From: Octopus sinensis | Taxonomy: Eukaryota | Direction of reading: 5' to 3' | NCBI RefSeq assembly: GCF_006345805.1 | Contig: NC_042998.1 | Location: 126,728,001 to 126,792,000 of the forward strand | DNA: 64,000 nucleotides | Shown here: piece by piece, positions 13,202 through 27,849 of the stretch | Layout: the number at the start of each line of letters is the position of its first letter | Numbering within the stretch: position 1 is the stretch's first letter | Notes under the pieces: model-generated | The model's database searches: none | What the model was told of the DNA's origin: nothing | Seen by the model: the letters and a program-made list of their open reading frames with translations, nothing else | Program-made: the position numbers and the translations under genes

Positions 13202-15084
13202 CATATATGTATATAGATCTGTGTAAATTATTTGCCTGCTGAATTTGTAGTAAGGGGCACGGATTACGGCCTTTGTAAGGTCTCTGAGATTGATGCCTTT
13301 AAGCTTAAAGTGTTGCAGTCAACGTTTACCCCTCACAAAAAAAAAAAAAAGACAAGAGAAAAGCAAAGGATGAAGGGTTGGGCATAGTGTAAGGAAAGTG
13401 GGGTTGAACGCAACAAGTATGGCGAAAAGTGGGGAAATGAGTAGATCGGGAGTCCCTGACTGTTGGGGATACGAGCAGTCCCCACCTCTGAGCAGAAGCC
13501 ATTGTAGAACAGTGGAGCTCGAAACTTTTACGGATTCTGGAGTATTTTTATATTTGCATCTATAAAATGGGACAGCTTGAGTAATACATAATATAGCTTA
13601 TATATTTAGGTTGAATGTAGTTTTTATTATACATTTCAAATAATTTTATACATTTGTAATAATTCTATAAATTTTTAATAATTTTTAAAAATACACAATA
13701 CCATTAGAAAGGTAAAGCATCATTTTCCACCTACGATGTTATATTTTCATTTAAAGGTTACGGTATACGTGCGCCATTTTTATTTTATCTTTTAGTATAT
13801 AGATATTTGATTTTATGTAAGGTATACAAACAAAGCATTGAACATGATTATAGATAAAAAAATGAAAGCTGAAAAGGCCAAAGACAGCAAATTATTTTTG
13901 AAGTGTACATGCATACACTTATGTATGCAATTGTACACACACACATACGTGCGCGCGCACACACCACACACACACCACACACACACACACACACTTCTTC
14001 CCTTCTTTCCTGAGCGTCCAATAATACTTTATTTGTTCCACATCCTTGCGTTGTTGTCTTTTTGTTTTCTTGTTTGGATTAACTTTATATATATATATAT
14101 ATATATACGTAAATACAGACACGCCTACATTTACATACATACGTACATACTTACATCCAGATTCATACATGCACACCACATACATCAAAACATAAGCGCA
14201 TGCATGCATACACGCACATACAGACACATGCATATATGAAAAGACAAGAGTGAAGGTTAGTGTATACTTTTAACTTTCGATGTTATCTATCAATCTGTCT
14301 GACTGTCTGTCCAATCGCACACTCACACAAGCAAACGCATACATCCCCCTACACATACTCACACGTATGTATGCATATACACAAGCTTCCCAATAAAATA
14401 TGTGTGAGAACATACCTATATACAACTGCATATTCTTGTACGCACACACATACACACGCGCACGCATGCGCACATACACAAGCAGAGAAAAGCAAAAAAA
14501 ATAGGGAAGTACAAATATATATATAAATATAAATATATGGATGTTCAGATCTCAATAAAAACGCTCGAATACCCAAATACATTGATATTTGAATATGAAA
14601 CCACTTGAGCGCTTAATCACTATAAAATACATGAGAAATATATAAAATAAGAAATATAAATCTATATCTTCAACATACCAACAATAACTATTTAGCTTAA
14701 TATATACACAACAAAGAAAAATGTACTATTTATAAAAAAAAAATCATAAATAACCCCACTGATAAAAACCAATTTATCACAAATTCTTCAAACCATCTCT
14801 TCCCTAATCAATAATTTTCACATAATTGCAATCATAAGTTCCACACGGGACTCTTCACAAAAATTTCTCATAGAATTTCCACACAAATTTATCTCAGAAA
14901 AGTTTCTACAGAAAAATTACCTCAACTACAAATCATTTATACAGAAATTTAATATGTAAATATTGTTATACATATGTATGTGGAGCCAATAGTTTCCACT
15001 TGTTCGATAGGTGACATATATGGATTCAGTCGATATACATACATACATACATACATACATACATACATACATACATACATACAT

Positions 15085-15183
<99 letters not shown>

Positions 15184-15989
15184 CTTCGGATACCATATTA
15201 TTATTCGTCTGGTGATCAAGAACACGAAACTTCCATGTGGCGTCTCAGTTTTAAATAAATAATGTTCCGGTCTATCTCACAGTATTGATTACTTTCTCCC
15301 ATTTACTATTGTATCTCCCCGTGATACTATTAGAAATTCTTGTCATTCCTTTTTTGTCTCACTTTAAGCTCCCTTGCAGTAAAACATTCAGTCCTTCTCT
15401 AGATATCGACTCACAAAAGTGCGAAGTAATACCAGTTTCCCCTATCAAGCACGGAATATAATTTTTATAGCCTCATACACATTCTATATCATCTCCAGGT
15501 ATGAATATGTCTCTAATAGTCGAGCCTTCATACGTATGTAGATTAGGTATTTCATCAGCCTTATAACAGAATGTGTTGCGGAGAATTTATAAACACTCTG
15601 GTGTAAAACATCGAAAATATACAGAAACAGTCCGAGTATCAGGAACACAAATACGTTTAATTTGATTGTAAGATACTCTACAAGATGCTCCTGAATTACT
15701 AAAAGAAAAACAATTTAAACTGAATGAAAATAGCTTAGAGAAATGAGTAGTAATAATTATAGGATTAAATTACTCGTAATTAAAGCGAAAATAGTTTCAT
15801 GCGCACGCGCGTGTTTGACTACACCGAAAATAATACAAGAGTAGGTATAAGGTTTTTATTAACAGAAGGTCGTTCGAATTGTACATGTTAGTATAGTAAC
15901 TCTTCTTTCTGTTCTCCTTCATTGCAAACAAATAGGTTCTAAGTAGAAACGACAAACTGTTTTTGACGAAGGAGGAGGTCATCTTGTTC

Positions 15990-16860
15990 GGCATCAACAA
16001 AGGGCCACACATTTTAGTTTGAAGAGAGGAAACTTGCGTTGAAGACAAACCGTGCAGTGAGAGATCAACTGTCATCACTGGCACAAATCGACGGTGAATA
16101 GGCTCATTGTTTCGCTAGGACAAACAAGTCATAGTCTGTGAGATTGCTGCACGGTTCAACTGTCTACACAATGCATTCGTGTAAGTGATGAAAGATTGGG
16201 TACCGGGAAGTTTATGCAAAGTGGTTACACCATATTTCAAGGAGAGAAAGATGGAAGTTTGCTTTGATTTGCTGGAAGCCGCCTGAAGTCAATGGATATA
16301 CGCTTTGTCTCCCGATCTAGTAATAAGGGATGAAACGTGATCATATCTTTATGATCAGGAAACGAGGGATCAGTCTATAGAAAGGTAACATATTTCTTCT
16401 AAGACCTAAAGAGTTCAAGGCCAGTGATCGGCACAGAAAGTCACAATAACTGATTTTAGACATAATAAAAGCATCATTCATCTTGATTTTCTGGAACGTG
16501 GCAGTACCGTAAAGAGTGAGCAGTACACTGAGTCACTCAAATGGCTTAATGAAGCCATTAGGAGGAAAAGACCGAACTCGAGTCTGAAAATGAGTGCGAC
16601 AGCATATAATCTTTGGCAAGAAATCAGACAATTGATAAATTAAGTTGCTCAGTCCTCCTCTCCACTATACAATTCACATCTGGTGCCCTCCAGCTTCCAC
16701 ATGTTCAGTCCAGTAAAGAAGAATTTGAGAGTTAGGTTCAGCGAGGGCACAAATGCAATGCTTGTGATGGAGGCTATGATGAGTTGAACATTTGTACGGC
16801 GGAAGAGTTATTTTACCAAGATGTTTAATTTTAACGATATATGTCAGTTAATGAATAAAT
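15990..16860 (+). mobile_element. Decayed mariner transposase relic
   Basis: Degenerate DETW (gatgaaacgtga), IIHLDFLERGSTV, and ..HLVPSSFHMF (YSPDLAPSDFHLF-like); many stops. Confidence 0.65.
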
Positions 16861-16992
16861 AACAAACAACAAGAAAAAAACAACAAACTAAATTACTTTC
16901 GGTCTAGCTCCGTAAAACACACACGCTCATACACACGCACATAGACTTCATTATGTGCGTATGCGAATCGGCGTATATACGTACATATGCTG

Positions 16993-17024
<32 letters not shown>

Positions 17025-17123
17025 ACATCGTATATATTTATATGAATATATGTATATGTGTGTGAGAGGTAGTGTGTGTGTGTGAGAGAGTGTGTGTGTG
17101 TACATACATACATACATCATACA

Positions 17124-17155
<32 letters not shown>

Positions 17156-17825
17156 GACATACATACATATAAATGCACGCATACACACACATATGTTGTT
17201 AATTAAGTAATTTACAGTTAATAAATGAAAACAAGAGATGTCAGTACAAGTAAAAGAAAAAAAAGAAAAGAAATAAGAACCGAGAAAAGAATGAAGAAAA
17301 AAGAGAAACTGTAACTGAAGCCGTATTACTGTAGATAACGTTGAACAATGACAGATAGCAGTGATAATGAATTGTGGAATAATGGGGGTGATATATGAGG
17401 TGAGAGAGAAGGAGAGCAAGTAATATATATATAAATATATATGTATATGTGTGTGTGTATATTTGTGTGTGTATGTGTATTTGTGCGTTTATACGTGTCC
17501 GTGCGCGCATACGCGAGTGTATTTACACGTGTTACATTATGGAAGTCATTGTGATCGGGAAGGAGTGCATAACAACAAATGAAGTAATGAACTAAAGATA
17601 AGAGTGAGAGAAAGAGAGATACATAGAGAGACTGAGTGAAAGAGAGAGAGAGAGAGAGGAGGGGGAGAGGATGTAGAAGGGCGAGAGAGTGAGAGAAAGA
17701 GTGACAAAACGAGAATGAATATGGAGAAATAGCTGTGTTTTAACCTGGAAGTTGTATGATTAAGGAATTATGGGAAACACGCGAGATTTCATAATAAAAC
17801 ATACACATACATTCAATAATGTATG

Positions 17826-17877
<52 letters not shown>

Positions 17878-18004
17878 GATATATATATCTATGTATATGG
17901 ATGTATATATATGCATATGTATGTATATATATATATATATGTATGCATATATATGTACATGTATATATTATATGCATATGCATGTATTTATATCTGCATG
18001 TGTT

Positions 18005-18045
<41 letters not shown>

Positions 18046-18063
18046 CTAGGGAGAGTCATTTTT

Positions 18064-18563
18064 TCTTTTACTTGTTTCAGTCTTTTGATTGCGGCCATGC
18101 TGGAGCACCGCTTTTAGTCGAGCAAACTGACCCCAGAGCTTATTCTTTGTAAGCCTAGTACTTATTCTATCGGTCACTTTTGCCGAACTGCTAGGTTTCG
18201 GGGACGTAAACACACCAGCATCGGTTGTCAAGAGATGTTGGGGGGACAAACACAGACACGCAAATACACACCCAGACTCACACACAGACACACAGACACA
18301 CAGACACAGACACACAGACACAGACACACAGACACAGACACACAGACACAGACACACATACGCACATACACGCACGCACGCACACACACACACACACACA
18401 TGCATTTATATATACGACGGGCTTCTTCCAGCTTCCGTCTACCAAGTCCGCTCATAAGGCTTTGGTTGGCGCGTAGCTATAGTAGAAGAGTCTTGCCCAA
18501 GGTGCCACGCAATGGACTGCACTCAGAACTATGTGGTTGGTAAGCAAGCTACTTCCCACACAG
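18064..18563 (-). mobile_element. tRNA-derived SINE, minus strand, with expanded internal (CACAGA)n
   Basis: Reverse-complement homolog of 35539-35988. Confidence 0.85.
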
Positions 18564-18569
18564 CTAAGA

Positions 18570-19295
18570 AGATAATGAGTGATTACAAAACTCTGACGTC
18601 ACTGAAATATACCAACCTTCTAAATCCATGATTACCCTGAAGGACCATAAACCAAATTTTCATTCAGATCCAAAAGTGCGGCTGATTTGGCCCTGTAAAT
18701 CAGACAATGGGAAACTTAGTAAACTTATTCTAGATAAATACCTTAATGTCCTTGAATCTAAAGTTAAATTCCACCTATGATCACACACACTGGAAACCAT
18801 TAAATGGTTCCAATGCTTAAGTGACAAGAAGAAATCTAAATTCATCCAATTTGACATTGATAGTTATTATTAATCGATTGGTCCTATTCTACTTAATAAG
18901 GCTCTTATTTTCCCAAAGAATAGTACTTACTTATCAATGAAAGAAATAAAAGTTATACTTGAGGCGAGGAAGACACTAAGGAAAATTTTGGACTAGAAAG
19001 GATACACCAGATTGCTTTGATATACCAATGGGTGCGCAAGATTCAGCTAAAGTCACCGACTTTGTCGGGATTTATTGACTACACCTCCCAGAATTTGAAG
19101 GTTTTCTGTACAGGGATGATGCTCTGTTAGTAGTTCGAAATGCCTCTAACCGTAAAATCGAAATATACCAGAAGAGATTGCATACATTTTTCAAAAGCCA
19201 TGGACCATCACCATTCAGCAGGATCACACACTGTGAACTTCTTCGATGCAATTTAACCTCACTACTTCAGCTTACCAACCATACCATAAACCTAA
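18570..19295 (+). mobile_element. Penelope-like (Naiad-type) RT fragment, cut by an assembly gap
   Basis: Degenerate RLI.P.KSD.GKLSKLILDK, PMGAQDSAKVTDFVG, LYRDDAL. Confidence 0.75.
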
Positions 19296-19395
19296 NNNNN
19301 NNNNNNNNNNNNNNNNNNNNNNNNNNNNNNNNNNNNNNNNNNNNNNNNNNNNNNNNNNNNNNNNNNNNNNNNNNNNNNNNNNNNNNNNNNNNNNN
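19296..19395. other. Assembly gap (100 N)
   Basis: Run of exactly 100 N. Confidence 0.98.
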
Positions 19396-20440
19396 GTTGT
19401 GCGAACTGTGGAAAATGTTGAGGACATACTTGACCTATGCTTACTATCTAAAACGAAGAGTAAATACAGAGTAAGGTGTTCGGGCATTGACATACTCAGT
19501 GGAGTGAAATAATATATTTAATTAAAAGAAAACCTGTGGTGAGAAGAGGAAAAAATTATTAGCTTATTGATTTATTCTTGTTACCCAAGGCAGGAATACA
19601 ACTTAATACAATTTAATTAGAATTAATTAAAAACAGAATATAGAGGAAAGTGAGTTTGATCTTCGTCAGCATGTTTACAACTCCGGATATGTTTTGCTGT
19701 TATTAGACCTCATTAGCAAAATATTGTCTAATATGTGCTGCATGAAATATAGAAGTTTTATAGATATACAGTGAGCGTTTATTCATTCTTAGAAGAATGG
19801 TTAGATGAAAATACACGAAAAGTAAATAGCACAATGAGCACTATCGTACTAAATATAGTAAGTCAAAGCTAATAAGAAAATGATTTATTAACATTACACC
19901 AGTTGCGAAAAGAAATGATAACTTATTTGAAGGTTAGTGATAAATTGGGGTCAAGAAAGGAAGGGTAGAAAACAGAAAGTTTGAAGTTAATTCTAGAAAA
20001 CTATAAATAACATAAACCAAGCGAATTAAATAACAAACGCATATTTACAAAGAAATGCGCAAATTTATAAATATTTTAAATGATTATATGTTTTATACAT
20101 ATAAGTGCATATACATACATATATGCATATATATATGTATATCTATATGTGTGTGTATACATATATGTATATATATGTGTCTGTATATATATATGTATAC
20201 ATATATGTGTGTGTGTGTATGTATATATAGTATGTGTATATGTATACATATGTATGAATATATATGTATATATATGTATACACACACGCACACACACACA
20301 TATATATATACATTACGAAGATGTACTTGCATACAAGTGACCTGATCTGAAATCGTGTGCTGAAACGAAAATAATTGCAGCGTGGAAGGTGTTTATAAGC
20401 CATTAAAAACCACAAAACACCTCCACGCTGCAATTTTATG

Positions 20441-20527
<87 letters not shown>

Positions 20528-20623
20528 GTATGGTGTATATATATGTATATATATATATATATATTTTATATATATATTTTTATATATATATAATATATAT
20601 ATATAATATATATGTAGTATTTA

Positions 20624-20654
<31 letters not shown>

Positions 20655-20705
20655 ATATGTATATATATATATATATATATTAATATATAAGTATATATAG
20701 TTTAT

Positions 20706-20826
20706 GAGAGGTAATGGTGTCAAGAAGACCCAAAGGTATCAGGTAATGCTGAGTAAGTGCTATGGACAGACTATTGTTAAGCTCCACGTTCGGTGATTAA
20801 GCGAATGAGGAGTCCAACGTAGGTTA

Positions 20827-20905
<79 letters not shown>

Positions 20906-22620
20906 TAACAAAATGAGATAAAATCCAGGCTGTCAAAGATTTCAGAACATTTATAAAGAGAAGGTCTTGCAGCTGTTTCCGGGATATTTTATAAATCCCT
21001 TCATCGGAGACGGTGCGAGAAAAAGGTTATGCAATCATTACATCAATTTAAATGCAGAGCTATACTCTGCTACATAAATAAATAGAAGTTTTTGATCAGT
21101 TTGACACGTTAGTATAATTTTACTCAAATTCTCTAATAGAACAAGAATAGGGAGAGTGTCCATGTTGTTACTAGTGCAACTAAGAACTATATGGAGTTTG
21201 TTAGGGTCATAGCTTGTAAATGATTGTGGTTCACTTGTAATTTATTAGTCTTTTTTATCAACTACCAAATCTAAGGCTAGAGGACAGTGTCTGTTTAGAA
21301 TGGATAGACAGAGTGAGGTGACAATTTATAGTTGGGCATGGTCATAAATACTGTCAGGATTTAGAAAATGTTTAAGTAACTGTCTATAAAGGTGGCTGGG
21401 TAGTAGAAGACCCTAAATCAAGATATTAATTACCAGTTAAAGGGGCAAGACGCTAATAAAACCTATGATGTTACACAGAGGAAATTACCATGGGGTACAG
21501 TGGAAGATTGTATATAAACAATATTGTTATGTTGTATGAAGATAAAATTTAAGATTACAAAAAATGATATAACCAGAATAGATAAACTGTATATATACCA
21601 ATTTTCAACATTAGAAAGGGAATTACATAGAATCAGTTTAATATTCATACCAGTACTTAATCATTTACTTATAAGGTGGTTTCTATAAAGATTGCTCTGG
21701 GTATTTACTTATGGAAAACTGGGACGATAAATCATGCTATCTTTTTATTAGTTATAAGCTAAGAATCAGAAAAACATCGGAAAAATAAGTTGTGCACAGA
21801 TACATATACATATGTAACTATGTGCACACATGCAAATATACACAAGTATTTGTACTTTATTATGGGTATGTTATTATCAACTTTTCTAGACTTAAGTAAC
21901 TAGAAATTTATATTTCTCTTTAAGAACATTAAGACCTTATAAGAGATAAGAAGTTAATAGGTAAAGATATAAAAATAAGAAAACGCAATAATAAGAAATT
22001 ATAGAAAATAGTAAGAAAATATAAATAACTTGTTATATATAACACTAGCGAGTAATTTCACATCATATCCGACACTAAAATTAATTTCTCCTGTCTTGGT
22101 TCAAGTGCAGCACTTATAAATACTAATTTCGAAAATATTTATATGTACGGGTGACACTATGTACGCATGATACCCTTAGGGCTAATATATTATTATTAAC
22201 CAGGTTGCTCATGTCCATATACTTAAACATTTCATATGTTTCCATAGAGCTCGCACCAGTACCGACTATCTCTATAAGGCTGCGCTTTCCTTATAATATC
22301 CCGTTTAAAGCTAAATTCGATTCCGCTTTCCTTCAGTTTCCAAATCTTGCTAGATAAGTATGTACAATTCGCCTTATGTTTGAGCTTAAAAGATGAAAAA
22401 TTGGTTATTAATGCGTTATTTTCATATTTATTGAACATCCTATATATACAAAGTTACCAGCTACAGTTGTGATAGTACACTTATAGATTACGTTTTGGGT
22501 TAAGCATCGGCCTGATAACGGACAGTGAGATTTAAACCTACATTTGCAACTATGAGAATGACCACTATATATTCATTAATCAGGTGAAGTTACGTGGAAC
22601 GTAAACAAATTATCAAATGC
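20706..22620 (-). mobile_element. Penelope-like (Naiad-type) 3' fragment: GIY-YIG endonuclease, 3' region, degenerate hammerhead
   Basis: Minus strand reads CKCRFKSHCPLSGRC..NVIYKC..VYIGC (~22430-22560) and LSSKIWKLK..PY..CEL (22232-22438); hammerhead-like motif at 20964-21011. Confidence 0.8.
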
Positions 22621-22697
22621 CACCCCACTAATGCGTTAAAATCAGTGGTTAAAAGTATTTCTAGGAGAAATACGAAATTATCAGCGAATATATATGG

Positions 22698-22759
<62 letters not shown>

Positions 22760-22782
22760 ATAAGTGTGTGTTTATATAAATT

Positions 22783-22823
<41 letters not shown>

Positions 22824-24086
22824 ATATCCATATATATGCATATACATATATGGATATATATATATATGTATATGTATATATGTGTGTATATATGTGTGTA
22901 TATATATATGTGTATATGTGTCTACATATATATGTATATATATATATGTATTATATATATATATGTATACGTATGTATATATATACATGATGTATATATG
23001 TATATATATACATGTATATATATATGTATATATATATATGTATATATGTATGTATATATGTATGTACACACACACACACACACACACAAAAACATATATA
23101 ATAATGTGTATGTATTTTAAAATCGATAAAGTTGGCGTTGATAAAACGGATATTTATAGAAACTTAGACGGCTGAACGATAGCGATAAAGAAAGAAAGAA
23201 GAGATAAAAGAAAAGAATTAAAAGGAGAAAAGGAAAGAGAGAAGAAAGGTCGCAAGTCGAGGGTACTGGTCGAAGAAGAAAGAAAAAATTGATTTAGAAA
23301 TATCTATAGATCACAAATGAAACAAACTTCGTATTAATGATGTATGCGACTGAAAATGGGAAACAAGCGTGTGGAGACAAAAGAAAAATTGTAAAGAGAA
23401 AGGTTTTATTGTGTAAACTGTTATTTGTTGTTTTAAAGTGAAAATATATACATAACACACACACACAAACATCAATTTGCTTATAAATAGCGATTAATCG
23501 CAAGAGAACATAGTACGGAAAATAAAATAAAAGATAAACAGGGTTAGAGTATAATATAAGCGAGAGGCATCTATGTAAAAGATAACTGCAAAGAATTAAT
23601 CATCAAAAGTTTAGAAAAAAATTTAGAATAAATAGTTCGTATTTGACATTTAAAATGCACTTTTGAGACACTGGAAGCAAATCTGTTGGGTCTTTATCAA
23701 TTATGATCCATGATAAATGAAGGGTTAGATAGCTTGAAATTTTTCAGAATTAGTGAAAGTTTTTTCAACAAAATGATATAAACTTAGAATTTCTGTTCAG
23801 TACATTTCCATGATTGAAATATACTCATTTCTCAAAGATGCATAAATAACAAAAGTGGGGTATTTGGTTCTAAATATCTTCACGATCAATAATTTCATAT
23901 CTGATATCTAAACCATTATTATTTGAGTTTTATGAAGCAAATTGACTTTCACAAAATAGGGTCTGCGCCAATGTCTCTGTGTTTGAGGGCATGTATCTGT
24001 GTTTTAAATAATAATAAAAGCATTGTGTACAGTGCTCAGGTGCACTACAACACTATAATGCTATATTGGATTCAAGTTTATGGTAC

Positions 24087-24460
24087 AAGCCCAGCAATTT
24101 CAGGGGAGAGGCTAGTCAATTAAACCGACCGCAGTGAGGAAATGGTACTTGTTTTATCGACCTTGGAAGGTTGAAAGACAAAGAAAAAAAAACATTGCTG
24201 TGTGGCCAAAAAGCTCGGTCTACAACGGCGTGACTGGTTTCAAGTTCAGCTCCACAGCGAGCCGACGAATGCTTTGTATGTAAATTACATAGAAGAGAAC
24301 AATGTGGAAGCCCAGCGCATACATACATACATACATACATACATACATACATACATACATACATACATACATACATACATACATACATACATACACGCAC
24401 ATATATGTATATATATATATATGTATATATGTATGTATATACGCGACGGGCTTCCACACA
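24087..24460. mobile_element. Two partial SINEs (minus-strand fragment 24087-24185; plus-strand head 24195-24460 interrupted by (CATA)n)
   Basis: Degenerate homology to the SINEs at 46631/62440 and at 5301. Confidence 0.5.
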
Positions 24461-24540
24461 TATATATATATACATACGAGTGAGTAGATAAACGAAAGAA
24501 GGGTACTCAACATGTATAGATGAAAACAGTTTGATTCAGA

Positions 24541-24573
<33 letters not shown>

Positions 24574-25362
24574 ATGGAGTAGGTAGTTGTTGAGCCACCT
24601 AATATGACTCTCAGAAGGTTGTAATCTCGTTTGGTAGTAAAAACCCGGATGAAGAACATATACAAGCAAGGTTGTAACTTTAAACACGTTTATTGTGGCC
24701 ACACGTATATACACAATAGAATGATAAATGGAATTGTTGGTGTGTAGAGGCCATGATCTTCTGTGCTCTGCTCCTATCTGCAAACTGGCCTGTCGTATTA
24801 GAAAAAGCCAATCTAGCTGCATCCTCACAGCTTGCGTGTCAGTGCAGAAAAGAGAAAGAGATGAGGTCACGTGTCTGAACCTTAATGTTGCGTAACGACT
24901 TCTATATCTGGCCGGCTTGTTTGACCCGCAGTCAAGGAGAGCAACTGCGCCTACACACACACAGCACATATGCTGATGACTGAAATTGGTTAGACAGAGT
25001 ATGCGTAGAAGTGAACTGACGTTACTTTTGTGCTTTTGTTGCTGTTCATCTTTCAATTAAAATGTATGATATATATGTATGCGTACGCGTTATGCAATCA
25101 TTCATTGATTCATTCATGCATAGTCATACCATTTTGCAAGATACTGCTTTGAATTCAGTTCGGTGAATTTTTTTCTCCAGTCACTGCTCTACTGAAACAT
25201 AACATTCAACGTTTCCTCGCCCAAAGTTGTAGCAATTGTTTTTTGTTTCTCCCGTTGATTGTCAATTGCCATTCACTCTCTCTGTTTCTAATTTTGTCGG
25301 TATCTTGTATTTAATCTGTGTCTCAGTTTCTCTATACATATATGCATCTGTGTGTGTGTGTC

Positions 25363-25433
<71 letters not shown>

Positions 25434-26070
25434 TGTGTGTGTGGGTATATGTATGAGTGTGTGTACCCTACTTGGAATGAGGTAGCGACTACCCCCACCA
25501 TTTGCTGAACTACTGTTTAATCAATGGTACATTTGAACTATAAGAAATAGCATACAACTCTACCTCTACAGTTTGGAAAAGGCAGGACACATTGACAATT
25601 TCATTCCTGATATTCAAAAGGCAAGATGGTCGCCGTTGAGTAAAGTCTTTATTATAAGTCTGCTCCATCAGTGCATATTCGAACTTAAACAACATTTAAA
25701 GGAACTTTCGATTATGTATCTACTCAGGGATAACATAGGATAGTGAACTGCTAGAAATAGCGGCCTAAGCTCCCTTAAATTCCATACCACCTTAAAACCC
25801 GAAGAATATATTAAAGATTTATACTTCTGAATATACAAAATATGAAATGACAAGACTGGAAGACCTTCACATATCTGTGTTTAAGCTAGAAGTAATCTGC
25901 CAAATCTAACTTCTTGTTAAAAGGACACGTTAGGCAATGTAATTCCCTATATATCAAAAAAGTCCGTTTAATACTGATCAGTTCCGTAAAGTCAATATTC
26001 ATAGATTCATATGGATAAATGCAGGTACATTTCTCAGTGCACGTATGTATATACATTCTCTCACACCTAC

Positions 26071-26112
<42 letters not shown>

Positions 26113-26122
26113 ACACACACAA

Positions 26123-26155
<33 letters not shown>

Positions 26156-27627
26156 TCCCCACACACTCACACCAAAGTTTGACTGGTTTCGCAAGCGTTT
26201 ATGAACTGGAGCTTGTGCCATGTTTTCGCTAATTATTTTAGGTGCCTATATGGTGGCGAGCAGTCATAGACACTCCCCTTCGACCCTTCTACCCTTAACC
26301 CAGTATGTAACAGTTAGCGGTGTAGATATAACGTACGTTACTCAAGGATGCAACACGCCGCCTTGTCCAAGAATCGATTCCACAAACTTATGATCATGAT
26401 TGCACGGGTCTTTATGTATGAATGTGTGTATTATATGTATGTATATATGTATACTTCTTGTATATAATGCTGTATGAAATTAGTCTGGCTTTTTATGTAG
26501 ATATGTGTTTTATCGAGTTACTTTCTTCTCTTTGATTTCTTTGAAAACAATCTGTTGTGTACATTTAGCAATAAAAGGTGATCTTAAAAAGATGAGGGCC
26601 ATTCATACCACTGTTGGAACCATCAGCCATTATCAATAGCATGGTCAAAGGGAAGAAAAGATCATATACAAAAATTTGTGAAAAATCTATTTCAATTAAA
26701 TATAAATTTAACACCATAAAATATAAAATTCATCTTGTTTTATAAAAACGGTAACGCAGTGATTTAATCTGTAAATGATAGCAGCTTTTATACGGTAAAG
26801 CGAATCAACATGGTTTGATTTTTGTTACGGATTCTGTTTAAACAAAATAACTGGCAGGGAAGTTGTAGTAACATTAAAACTAAAAGATTAAAATATCAGT
26901 AACATCATTTTTCGATATTCCTTTTACTTTATCTCTGTGATCTGGTTTCAAAAATCCTCCCGCTAGGATCAGCTTTACTTTTCAATCTTCTGAAAACACT
27001 TTGTAGCACGATTTTTCTCCTTCTGTAGCAACTTTTATTTCCTATTTGCTTACCCCTAGAAAGTATGAAAAGTGGCTAATATTTCCTTCCAACTTAGCTT
27101 TTGTTACATTTATTCAAACCCCAAAGAATCCCTCACAACACAAGGCTACGATGTTTCACCACTACTCCTGCTCATGATCAGAGATGTACATATTGTCAGC
27201 TACTTAGGGGCATGCTCAAGGGGTTAAGGTGAAGCAACTGAGAAGTAAATCTGTGGTATTGAACAAAACATTTGTTATAACAATAGTTCTGCTTCAGCAA
27301 ATCAGCGCTGAATCTGTCTGAAATGTTATGGAAATAGATCAGTTTCCAGGTCACAAAAGCAAAATTTGAAGGGGATAGTAGCCATTTCCTTTGATTTTAG
27401 ATGGCAGCAAATAGGGAATAACACTTACTGACTAAATACAAATGAATAAAGATATAAATAAAAGTTTTGTTATTCAGTGAAATCCATAAAATATGTTACC
27501 AGTAGAATATCCAAGAGTTTGACCATATCGAAAACACGTTACCTTAAAATCTGTTCTATGTGCCAAAGTTAAAACCCATCAACATATTCTATTAATTTAT
27601 GTACCCTCTTTTTTTTTACTGTTATAG

Positions 27628-27849
27628 GATTTAACCAAAGACACAATTTTGGAGGCAACCAACGGTAAAACGATGCCAGCTCTCACAGTGTTCTCCTATG
27701 CGCTAAAATTCTTCAAAGAACACGCCTTGCAAGAATTGTCCGATCAGTCGGGCATGGAGATTGTCAACGATGATGTACGGTGGGTGATTACAGTACCAGC
27801 GATATGGAAAGCGCCTGCCAAGCAGTTTATGAGACAAGCATCATACCAA
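27628..27849 (+). CDS. HSPA12A: Internal coding exon of HSPA12A/B-like atypical Hsp70 ([14 protein letters not shown]...[23 protein letters not shown])
   Basis: Pyrimidine tract + TATAG acceptor ending 27627; 222 nt (74 codons, phase 0); donor CAA|GTATGT at 27850. [20 protein letters not shown] is the HSPA12 family signature. Confidence 0.93.

Noticed and set aside
24220-25056. 278-aa minus-strand ORF
   Set aside because: Stays open through (TA)/(CATA) repeats and SINE sequence; no protein motif.
1-27627. Upstream HSPA12 exons (DFGTT; WEGGDPG..KFKM)
   Set aside because: Looked for by eye and not found; probably outside the window or in the gap, though a miss is possible.
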